From the human T2T-CHM13v2.0 reference genome, Homo sapiens, in contig CP086569.2 of assembly GCA_009914755.4 (NCBI GenBank), forward strand, positions 6,432,001 through 6,496,000: a stretch of 64,000 nucleotides of DNA. The letters are read 5' to 3'. Made by a program: the position numbers and the translations under genes. The first letter of the stretch is position 1; every line of letters starts with the position of its first letter. The notes under the pieces were generated by a model, which saw only the letters and a list, made by a program, of their open reading frames with translations, did no database searches and was not told the origin of the DNA. This document shows positions 48,381 through 61,149 of this stretch, one piece after another.

Positions 48381-48949
48381 CCTTCCATTCAAAGCCTTGG
48401 TGAAACAATGAGTTTTTTCAGTTGTGTCTTGTTGGAAAAGAAAATGGATTCCTTTTGTACTTTGTGAGATTAAAACAAACTCACTTAAAACTTTAAATAT
48501 TCCTTTGTTATAGCTAGTTCTACATGAAAGTATTGGGTCAATTTGTCCTTGTAGTCAAAATTAATCACAAATGAAATTCAAGTGTGGGCAGCATAGGCCC
48601 CATTTTCTCCCATCTCAGAGGCATCTGTCTTCCTGTCCAAATCCCATGCAGTTCTGCTTCATGCGGCTTGCACCAGATTGTATCATCTTACTTTCCCCCA
48701 GCTTCAATTTCTACACACTAAGTCATCTCATCATGTCAAAAGGCTTCCTTGAGCAAACATCTTCCAAAAGCCATCTCTCTTTTACACCTAAATCTCTCAT
48801 AAGAATAGTTTACACTCAAAGCTCATTCACATACTCATCTCTCTACTCCTGAACTCTGCCATCTGGCTTTCAGCCATCACTCTTTTTTTGAGACCTTTTT
48901 ACAAGGTTATAGGAGACATTCTTGCAAATTCAGGAGAGTGAGTCCTTAT

Positions 48950-49850
48950 TGCATGTTACCTTTGCAGCCTTTCAATTGAGCTGTGGGAAAACAGCCCTGT
49001 GCTAGACATGATGCTGGGTGGAAAATGTTGTACTTTCATTCCCAACAATACTGACCCAGGTGGGACCATCACGAAAGCTTTATAAGGACAAACAACTTTA
49101 GCTAATGAACTGGCAGAAAATGCTGGCATTAATGACCTGCTTACAGATTGGCTAGAAGGTTGGTTTGGAAAGTGGAAAGGCATGGTAGCTTCAATCTTTA
49201 CATCTTATAGTTGTGGCAGAAGTCTTAAAAGCAGTGGGATGTTGTATTATCCCTTGTATGAAGGTACTAGCACAGAGATTAATTGAAACAGCTATTTAAA
49301 AAAATGCCCATAACTTATGAACAAAATAACCCACTACTACTAGAAACCAAATTAAACTCACTCTCTTAGGAGGAGGAAAGTAAATGACTTCTAGAGCAAT
49401 TTAAGAACCAAAAGGGTTTAACTAAAAATAAGACCAAAGGAAGTAAATAGAAAAGAGGGAATTTGTGAAAAAACATTTTAAATGGTCCTTTTTCAAGGCA
49501 TGATAAATCTAACTACTGGCCGCCAGCCTGCAAATGTAACAAACTGCATGGCTCATGCACCTAGAAGTTTATAATAAGCAAACAAAATGTAGAGGACGGA
49601 TCAGGCCATAAAAGGGAAGAAAATTTTGTTATTGGGAAATCAAAACATAAGTGGGCAAGGGGACTGGGTTATAACCTGACAAGGGGGGTAATAAAATTTA
49701 TGCAACATCTGGGAAAATTTTAACCCAACCAGGGAGGAACTATTATATACCAGGAGATAAATTACCTGTCATGACTGTCCCAGGTGTGCCTGCCCACCAG
49801 ACACCCAGTCTTGCAAAATCATTATTAAAAAGTCTTATTTTTGCTGTTCT
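48950..49850 (+). mobile_element. Endogenous retrovirus class I (gamma-like) env transmembrane-subunit fragment, followed by probable LTR-derived sequence
   Basis: Plus-frame translation 48980-49260 reads ...LDMMLGGKCCTFIPNNTDPGGTITKAL*GQTTLANELAENAGINDLLTDWLEGWFGKWKGMVASIFTS. This resembles the gammaretroviral TM region ...[27 protein letters not shown]...GWFEGLFNRSPWFTTLIS (CC motif plus membrane-proximal W-rich segment). In-frame stops are present. Confidence 0.35.
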
Positions 49851-51097
49851 TTGTGCCTCTAGGTCCACTTTTTGGGTTTGGATGGGTGAGTATGTTTCTC
49901 ACAGAAATTGAAAGCAAAGATCACTTAGTGTAAACTGACTGTGCAGCCTCTCAGATATTGAGCATCTCCTGGAGAAAATACAATCCTCTTTAGTCCTGAA
50001 GGAAACATCACACAAGATACGGTTTCTTCAAAATTGTATGGGATATTTAAATATCAAATATCAATATCAAAGTTTTCTTCTTTTCACTGTGAAGACAAAC
50101 TGATGGTCATAAATAGTCACCATTTTATCCACAAAATGGTAATTTGTGAGTGTGCCTACCAGCCATTCTATAGTTTGTCATAGTTCTCTTTGACTATGGG
50201 GATCTAGCAGAGGATTGCAGTTCATTTAATTTGTGTTTACTACTTTTTCTATGGGCCGGACTCATGCGTCTATTAATGGTAGTAGGCAGCATAGTACCCC
50301 AATTTATGTTGAATGGCGTGGAGTGGAAAGATGTGTTCTGTATGCTAGCAAGTGTTGTTTTCCCATCTACCTTCCACAGTGAGAATGCCATGGACATTTT
50401 AGTTCCTGTTCTACATTTTTATCATCGCCTAATTGATTGGAATGATATTTCTATATAATAATGACTTTGAACACATATAAGCATTCTCAGGAAACATGAA
50501 CTGCAGTGGTTGTTCTACCACAGTTCAAGGGAAAGATGATTATGGTTGCCTTGGCAACCATAGCTCTGCACTGTCTATTTTTTACTGTTTTCCTATTTGA
50601 GAATCCTTTTGAGGAAAAACAAAAGAAAGAATATCAGTAAAGTCTCATTTTCAATTTATGAAGCTTCTGGGAATGATACAGTCTTATGTAGCTACAAAAA
50701 CATCTCCAGTTCCTAATATTTCCCCAAACATTGGAAAGTCCAGGCATATGAAATGAACTAAAAATAGGCTTTTACTTATGTCAAAACACAAACATCATCT
50801 TTATTCCCTATAGAGGTAATTATTTTGAAAGAACTGAAAGGAAAGTTTACTTTTCTGTTTCTCTGTAGCATACAGCTGTGACTTCTATTTTTCTAGAAAA
50901 AGGGAAAGGTTTTTGCCTATAAACTTCCATTAGTATTTTTACCTGTAATGGAGTTATTCAATTGCAAATAGGTATACAAATAAAATAGTCCTACTCTAGG
51001 AAATGGCTAGTTGAGAGACTGTGAAACAGTGATGTTGTAACAATGTGTTGAATTATTTATTGCCAACATATCCTCTTTACATTTCCTTTGTGGATGA

Positions 51098-51453
<356 letters not shown>

Positions 51454-51621
51454 AGACCACTAGTTTCTTTTAAAAGAGAAAAGGTGATAATATTTGGGTC
51501 TTTATAATTGTTTTTCTGTATTAAAGCAAAAATGTAGTATAAATGTATAGTACTGCATGACTAGAAAACTAGAAAAAGTAATTGAGAAACACTATATTTT
51601 ATTTTCTCCAGTCACTTGTTA

Positions 51622-51942
51622 CTCTTTCTTCCCCTCCCTCTTCTTTCTTTTTCTTTCTTTCTTTCTTCTCTTTCTTTCTTTCTTTTCTTTCTTTCTCTTT
51701 CTTTCTTTCTCTTTCTTTCTTTCTTTCTTCCTTCCTTCCTTCTTTTTTCTTTCCTTCCTTCCTTCCTTTTTTCTTTCTTTCTTTCTTTTCTTTTCTTTTC
51801 TTTCTTCTCTCCTCCCTCCCTCCCTGCCTCCCTCCTTCTCTCCCTCCTTCCCTCCCTCCCTTCCTCCCATCCTCCCTTCCCTTTTCTCACTTCCCTCCTT
51901 CCTTCCTTTCTTCCTGCCTCCCTCCCTGCCTCCCTTCTTTCA
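51622..51942. repeat. Compound polypyrimidine microsatellite, (TTTC)n/(TTCC)n/(TCCC)n, ~320 bp
   Basis: The plus strand is almost only C/T: tctttctttctttctt...ccttccttccttcc...ctccctccctccctgcctccc. The overlapping ORFs at 51557-52010 are artefacts of this tract. Confidence 0.9.
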
Positions 51943-52883
51943 TAACTTTTTTGTAGCCAGCCAGATGGTAAGCGTTTCCAGCTTTTGAGGCTATCCAGAT
52001 TTTGTCTCAACTACTCACCTCTGATGTTATAAGAAAGAAGCCATAGATAACATGCAAATGAATGGACTGGGCTGTGTTAAATTAATACTTCATTTACAGA
52101 AGCAGCCAGTGGACCACATTTGGCCCATGGGCTATAGATTTCCAACTCGTACTCTAAGAGAAAAATTGTTTTGCTTACTTACCTTTCCACACCCCACATG
52201 GAAGTGTAGTGCTTCAGGCAAATGCTTTTTTAAAAATTTATGCCTAAACTGCGCATGGGGTTGCTTGCCTGTAATCCTAGGTACTTGAGAGTCTGACATG
52301 GGAGGATTACTTGCATCCTACAACTTTGCATCCAGCCTTGAGAAACCCTTATCTCTTAAAAAATGTGCCTGAAAGTCCAATCTCTCACACTGCCTTTTGT
52401 GTAAAATATCCCTTTTGCTACCATATTGGTTCTATTAGAGAGAAAGGTAGGGGTTACACACTTTTGCAACTCATTAAGGAGGGTAGAAGCAGATATTGAT
52501 AATAGTTTCCTTAGTTTAAAAACTGTTAGAACATATTAAAAACCATCAGCTGCTAAGATTTCCTTACTCCCTGGCTGAGTTAGAATTTCTTTTGAATATC
52601 AGAAGCCTAATGGGCTCTCCCTGCATAAGCTGGCAATACAAACTGAGGTAGACACTGTGGGAATGGAGTCCACTGGCTGCCAGCTGGCCTCCCCATCCCC
52701 ATGGGGTCTCCACAGTCACCTGGCACCAAGAAGAACATGCTCTCTTCTTTATTTTCCATTGAGGTATTTTGTGGTGCCTTGTTTAAACTGATTTTAACAT
52801 CCTCTTTAAGTTTTAATCAGATACTTTGAAGAAAAATATAGAAAAACAAAAACAGAAATCTATGTGTTTGTTACTCAGATTTA

Positions 52884-53264
<381 letters not shown>

Positions 53265-55030
53265 TTACAGACCTAACTGAAACCCAAGATTTTTCCTCAT
53301 TCCAACCATTTCTGAAGAGGCTATTTCAAAATAATGTGAATTATTTCCTGCTTATTAAAATTGGTTATTGAGAGGCAGAAGAATAGAAACTATACTGATT
53401 TTATAGTATATGTTCAGAGCATCACTGTTGCATAGTATGACCGATTTGATCCAATTTGTATGGGTTTTCTGCCCATTAAAGACTGAATAATATGTTGACT
53501 CTACTCCCAAGAGAGACTTAGATAATGCATCACATCTCTTTTCTATTGGGAATCGTGCATTCATCTAATAGACAGTAAATATAAATCATTCTAATTCGTA
53601 ATAAAGAGCTAGATATAGTTTTCAATTTCAGTGGCAACTTTGAAAAGTGCATTATTATTTTTCTGCTACCTCTAACAGAGTTATTATCTTATGGTGCAAA
53701 TGCTTTCATAAATGCTCTCTCATCTCAACCTGTATAGTGGTTAGAAAAGACCGTGTTACAGCCCTCTCCAAGGTAAGGGCATCAATGCACTGGGACATTG
53801 TATAGTGCTTGGCAGTCATGGCGGGACTTTAATACCACCTACCAAGCTTTGCAAAGGTGAGAATCCTCATCCTATCCACAGAGATGTAATCCAACTAGGG
53901 TCAGGAAAGGCTTCCCTGAGCATTAAAGAATGAGAACATAGGAGAGGATATCAGGTTAAGGAAAGAACATGGATAAAAGGCAGTGTGGTAGGAGACCAGA
54001 GATTTTGGTTCTCAGATGCACTGTGATTCCAATTTAGAAGTCTATATGGGCATCCCAGTAGCATCTCAAGCACTTTAGGCAATTCACATTCCTTCAGCAA
54101 ATGTTTATGGAGAACCTGGAGTGTGCCTGAGATTCTTTCAGGTATTGGGAATTCAGCAATTAATGTGCAAAAGTTCTTTCCCTCCTGAAGCTTGTTTCTG
54201 GTAGGGCTGATTCAGGAAGTTCACAAATTTCAGGCACATCTTGAGAAGGACTGACTAAGAGCTGTTGGCCTGGAACAGAGCCATGAGGAGTGCCTGCATT
54301 TACAGCTCTAAAGGGGCAGAAGCAGTAGAAAAGAACCTAGAGCAAGTGGCTAATGAAGGAAAAAGAGGAAAGGGGTGCATATAGCAAAAGCTAGGGGAGG
54401 AAACTGATTCCAGTTGGCAAAGTGAATGAATGGCAAGGTGTAGTGGTGCTGAGGGGTCAGGTAGAATAAAAACAGAACAGTCCCCCTTCAGCTTTACAAC
54501 AAGGTGCATTCAGAATTTTTCCCAAACCAGTTTTATATGAATAATGGAAGTAGAAATCAGATTGAGTTGCTTTAGAGTGTCTGGGAAGTGAAAAATGGGA
54601 ATGTGAGAAGATGTTGGCAATTAGGAAATGAGAAATTGCGATGACTCCAGAGAAATTTGCCCTCAGTTCGGGACTTCATTATATCCCTGCAGGAAAGAGT
54701 CTTCTGGTAGTGGTGAGATTAATTAACTTATTTTTGCTTAACTTTTCCATCTAAAAGGATGCATTTTAAGCTTGCTGAAAATGAATTTAGGATAGTTTTT
54801 GCATGCAGTGGATACTCACTGAAAATAAGGGCTTTCTCTTATAGGGTTTTAGTTTACCAATCTCACTCTGCCTGACACAATATTTTCAGTAATCATCTTA
54901 TTAAATAGCAAGTAAGATTAGAAATTTATTATTAACTGAAGTACAAGGCAGGAAATAGGATAGGTTAAGCAAATTGCCCTAATCATGCTGCTTATAACTT
55001 ATGGCCCCCAGAGAATTTGAATGCATATTT

Positions 55031-55482
55031 GCTATGGTTTGGCTATGGTTTGTTTGTCCTCATCAAATCTCACATTAACATTTGATCCGTAGCATGGTGG
55101 TGTTGGAGATGTGGCATAGTGAGCGGTTTTGGGGACAGATCCTTCATGAATGACTTGCTACCTTTCTTATGACAATGAGGGCATTATTGGTCTCCTGAGA
55201 CTAGCCTGTTTCTCGTTGAATTGATTAATTCCTGCAAGAGTGGGTTGCTAGAACAGGACACCCCTGGGTTTCGTACGTGTTTGCATGTGTTTGTTTCCCC
55301 TTTGACTTCTCAGCTGTATTTTAATGCAGCACAAAAGCCTTTGCTGGAAGCTGAGCAGATGGTAGTGCCCTGCATCTTTAAAGCCAGCAGAACTTTGAGC
55401 CAAAATAAACCTGATATTTATAAACTACCCAACCTTAGCTATTCCTTTACAGCAACACAGAGTGGACTAAGACAACATCTTT
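55031..55482 (+). mobile_element. MaLR LTR (MST/THE1/MLT2-like), solo LTR
   Basis: It starts tgctatggtttggctatggtttgtttgtcctcatcaaatctcacattaacatttgatc and ends ...gagccaaaataaacctgatatttataaactacccaaccttagctattcctttacagcaacacagagtggactaagacaa. The ends match the MaLR LTR start and end motifs (tgatatggtttggctgtgtcc... / ...ataaattacccag...gactaatacag). Confidence 0.65.
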
Positions 55483-57129
55483 TAACTTGGTTTTATGCTG
55501 TTTGCTCCACTTGATCTTGGAATTGTATTCCCCTATAAGAATTGTACCTGCTTAAGTAGAGACTGAGTATTCATCTACTTTGTATCCCCTTACCACTATT
55601 GTATTTAGCCCAGCTCCTGGCACAGGCAGTTTTCAATTGTGAGTGGCACTGAAATTAAATTTCTTAGCCCTTGGCCCAACATTCTTGGGCTGCTTTTGTT
55701 TCTGAAGCCCCAGTTTATATTCAGGAGAAATGCTTTGGACTTAAGACCCTCAAACTAATTTATGTACACATATCATCTGTGGAGGAAGTGGGACACAGTG
55801 AAAGGTAGAGACAGATCTTGAACATGACAGTAGAAATGATATGTTAGTGGAAAATTAATATGTGCATATTTTATTTTACTGAAGAATAAATAATCTAACA
55901 TAAGGAAGTGAATAAAACTGACTGATCATTGATTGGTAGGTATCTTTATATATACATATAATATATAATGTGATATACCAGTAAAAATGCATATATATGT
56001 TGTATATAATGTAATTGTATATTATATTGAATATGATATTTAATATACATCTGTATATCTATAGATACCCACTCTAGTGCACTTTTTTCCTCCAAAATAA
56101 AATACTTGCAACATCAGGGAGTACTAAGTAGGAATATTCCCAAGAGGGTCAGAGATTGAGATGCAATCTCAGAACCCATTAAATATCCTGAAGATAGTTG
56201 GGCTGTAGGAGTCCTGTGGAAAACTTGAAAGCTGTCCATCACTTCTTGAAAGAAAGGGGTGTGAGGGATGAAGTAGACTGACCAGTGTACATCTCCCTGG
56301 GATCTTATTTACTCACTCTTAGGAATTACCTAGGACAAGCATGTATGGAATGTCCCAGAATCATGTTTGGTTGCATTATTTCCCTGCCGTGGCAAAAGTG
56401 GCCTACAGAAGCTGTACATTCTGGGTCATTGCTAGAACCCAAATGAGTGTTGCTTGGGAACTGGAGAAGGAAAATGGAAACAGAGCGCTCCCAAGTTCTT
56501 TCCCCAATCTCTTGGTTTGAAACATCTTAAACTGTCATTTTCCTATGTCCAAGATGGGCAAATATTAACCATTTCATGCAGCTCAATCAAAAAGTATGAT
56601 CCAGCTACTACAGACATGTTGACATTAGTAGGCCTTCTTGTTAAAGCTTGGTAAATTGGTGGATGCTTGGGCTTGAATATTAAGACCTCTTGATTTTGTG
56701 AGCCAGAGTGAAGGCATTCTTTTTCCTGCCTATATTTTAATAGCATCTTGGGTGAGAGAGGGCCAGCATCATCTGTTTATCATGCTTTGTGCTCAGTGAC
56801 TTTGTGAAAAGAATGAAAAAGAACTTTAAAGTTGGGGTGATTGTCTAGACAGTTCTAAAATAGCTGCTCCAGGTGAAAAGAAACCATCAAATGCAGACAA
56901 ACCAAGAAGCTCCTTTGGCAAGACACAGCGTTTGAATTCTCATAGGTTCTCTGTAAATTATGAAGTAGAAAATAATCAGGAGCCTAAATTCCAGTAATTA
57001 TAATTATTAGTTATTTTAAATTACCACCACTTGCTTCACACAGAGGCATTCTCTGTGTGATAAATTATATTTAAAATATTGTTTAAATAATTATTTGGAT
57101 AATTTGAGCTGAAATAGTCCAGGCTGAAC

Positions 57130-58720
<1,591 letters not shown>

Positions 58721-59384
58721 GAAGACCTAATTACAGGGGAAATTGTCCATTTTTATGCTTAAGTTCAACAATGTTTGGACAGCTGTGTAGTAATGTGATT
58801 GGGAAAAAAGGTCTGATTTAAATGCTAATGAACTGAGTGGAGAAACCCAGCAAGGCCCATCTGTCTAGATTCTTCTTGGCCTCTCTGAGAAACATTACTT
58901 CCTTCTAGGTGTGAAAGAGGACCCTGTCTGGAAGAGGAGTCTTAGGATCCACAGTCAAGCAAGATGGATCAGATCATTTCTTCATGGCCGGTTTTTATGT
59001 AGAATATTTTTAGGTTTTATGACTGACATTTGGGAAAAAAGGTTCTGATTTGTATGACCTATCTTGGGGAAAAGGGATTCTAGTTTCTATTTCTAGCCTC
59101 AGGGCAAAATAGAGTGAGAGCTGACATACAGGAGGACAGGAGAAGACCAGAGAGAAACTTTTGCTTCTAAAACTACTCAGCAGTATGTCTTCATTTTGAG
59201 GTAACTTTTTCTGAGTCCCAACAAAACTCTACCAGGCTGAACATGGACCAGGCATTATTCTAACTCCGAGAGAACAGAGACGAAGAAGAGAGGGATCCTG
59301 CAGTTTTCTTTTTGGGTGTCAAGATGGCGACACCATTTACTGAATGACTCCAAGTGATGAGCTAAATCTATTCTCTTGATTTTG

Positions 59385-59565
59385 ACTCTGCTGCTTTCTT
59401 GCTGTGGGTCTATGAGCAAGTTTACCCACCCTTCCATTAACTCTCTGTAAAGTGGGAACAGTGTTGGTGTTGTGATGATTAGATGAGTAAACACATTTGG
59501 AGCATAGAGCTCTGTGCCTGACACACAGGATGCCATAAGTTAATATTTGTGAGAATGTGTGAAAG
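59385..59565 (+). mobile_element. MIR SINE fragment
   Basis: tgctgtgggtctatgagcaagtttacccacccttccattaactctctgtaaagtgggaacagtgttggtgttgtgatgattagatgagtaaacacatttggagcatagagctctgtgcctgacacacaggatgccataagttaatatttgtgagaatg parallels the MIR core (...gtaaaatggggataataatagtacc...attaaatgag...agtgcctggcacatagtaag...aataaatgttagc). Confidence 0.5.
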
Positions 59566-59689
59566 ATTGTGTTTAACTGGTTTTCAATGTAAGTCCATCC
59601 TCTTCAGAGATGCCAAGGAGATAGTTGTGCGTTCTGGAGTTCTAAGACCTATATGCATCTCGTTAACCCTTGAGAAATCTAGTAGGCTC

Positions 59690-60100
59690 TCAAATTTTTA
59701 AAATTATATATTGAAAAATTATAATTGTGTTTATTCAGTAAAAAGTGATGCTATGATTTTTGAATACAATGTGTAATGATTAAATTGAGGTGATTAACAT
59801 ATCCATCATTCCAAATATTTAACCTTTTTTGTGATGAGAACATTTGAAATTTATTCTCAGTAATTATGAAATGTACAATACTCAGTTATTATCTATATTC
59901 ACCATGCTGTGCAGTAGGTCTCAAAACAACAACAGCAACAAGAAAAAAAAACACAAAACAAAACAAAAAATAAATGTCTTCCTCCTTTCTGAAGCTTTGC
60001 ACTTTTTGACCCCATTGCTGACAACCCCCAGCCTCACTCACTTGATGGAACACCATGAGATGTGCTTACAACAGTGGCTGGCATGTAGTCAGTGCTAAAA
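59690..60100 (-). mobile_element. Old L1 (L1M-type) 3'UTR fragment containing an internal A-rich simple repeat (59925-59972)
   Basis: ttgtgatgagaacatttgaaatttattctcagtaattatgaaatgtacaatactcagttattatctatattcaccatgctgtgcagtaggtctc ... cccattgctgacaacccccagcctc matches the recalled L1M 3'-end consensus in antisense orientation. Confidence 0.5.
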
Positions 60101-60171
60101 AATTGTTAGCTTTTGGTGTTGTTCATGTGGTTGTTGTTGTTATTGAAAAATGGTAGGTGGAATCTGCTTGT

Positions 60172-60635
60172 GAATATGCAGTCATGTGCCAAATAAGGAT
60201 GTTTCTGTCAACAACGGACCACACAGACAACAGTGATCTCATAAGATTATAATAACATACTGGTACTGTACCTTTTCTATGTTTAGATATGTTTAGATAC
60301 ACAAATTCTTACCATTATGTTACAGTTACCTATAGTATTCAGTACAGTAAAATGATGTATGGGTCTGCATTCTAGGAGCAATAGGCTGTACCATCCAGCC
60401 TAGGTGTGTAGTAGGTTTGTGTAAGTACATCTATCGTTTTCACTTCCTAGTGTACTACATCATTGGGAAGGCTTCCTGTACCTTTTTTTATATATCTTTC
60501 TGTGTGTCTCCCCCACAGAATGATAATGCTTAGGTGTTTGTGTAAATACACTCTATGATGCTCACAACAAAATCACGTCATGATGCTTTTCTCAGAATGT
60601 ATCCCCATCATTAAGTGAAACATGACTATACTTTA
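60172..60635. mobile_element. Internally deleted non-autonomous DNA transposon (cut-and-paste type with terminal inverted repeats; family not confidently named)
   Basis: The 5' terminus cagtcatgtgccaaataaggatgtttctgtcaacaacggaccacacagacaacagtgatctcataagattataat joins directly to 3'-terminal sequence tgtaccttttctatgtttagatatgtttagatacacaaat...gtgtgtagtaggtttgtgtaagtacatctat...ctctatgatgctcacaacaaaatcacgtcatgatgcttttctcagaatgtatccccatcattaagtgaaacatgacta. The two ends are inverted complements (cagtcatg / catgacta), matching a recalled human DNA-transposon consensus. Confidence 0.5.
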
Positions 60636-61149
60636 ACAGAGATGGCAATTCTTGAATGACTTGTTAGAAGGAGAACAGAAATAATGGTGGCCTCACGAAT
60701 TATTCAATTATTAAATTAATCAATTCATTAAAACAGCTGTTGTTAATTACCTAAACTCAGGCAGGTGAGGAAAACAATTGCTTCGTATTTTCTAATTTGT
60801 CACTCTTATGTGTTGCCACTGGCTAAGCAAACTGTGGTCGCTGCTGCAGCTAAGAGTGTCAAATTGTTGAATACCCAAGCCAGGCTTGTGAAATATTGAA
60901 AAATGACTTCTTCCATGTTGATCCATAAAATCTTTACCATCTTACAGAGAACTAATGAATCATCGCTCTAGCACCAGGTTCAAGAGCTTCCCATAATAAT
61001 CTCATAACTCTAGTGCCAACATTGCCCAAGCTTGTTAGCCTTCATGAACTTCATTATTAAAGTTTGATATTTGTACTTGTGTTGTGTAATAGGATTAGTT
61101 GAATTGAAAAGATGACGAAGCTGCCATTAAAAACTTCTTTCTAATACCT

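Noticed and set aside
51557-52010. Four overlapping ORFs (83-143 aa) on both strands
   Set aside because: These are translations of the (TTTC/TTCC/TCCC)n microsatellite (FLSFF… / KERKKE…) and are not genes.
59925-59972. A-rich stretch considered as the polyA tail of the GOT2 retro-pseudogene
   Set aside because: The flanking sequence on both sides matches an L1M 3'UTR in antisense orientation, so the A-rich run is an internal simple repeat of that fragment rather than the pseudogene tail.
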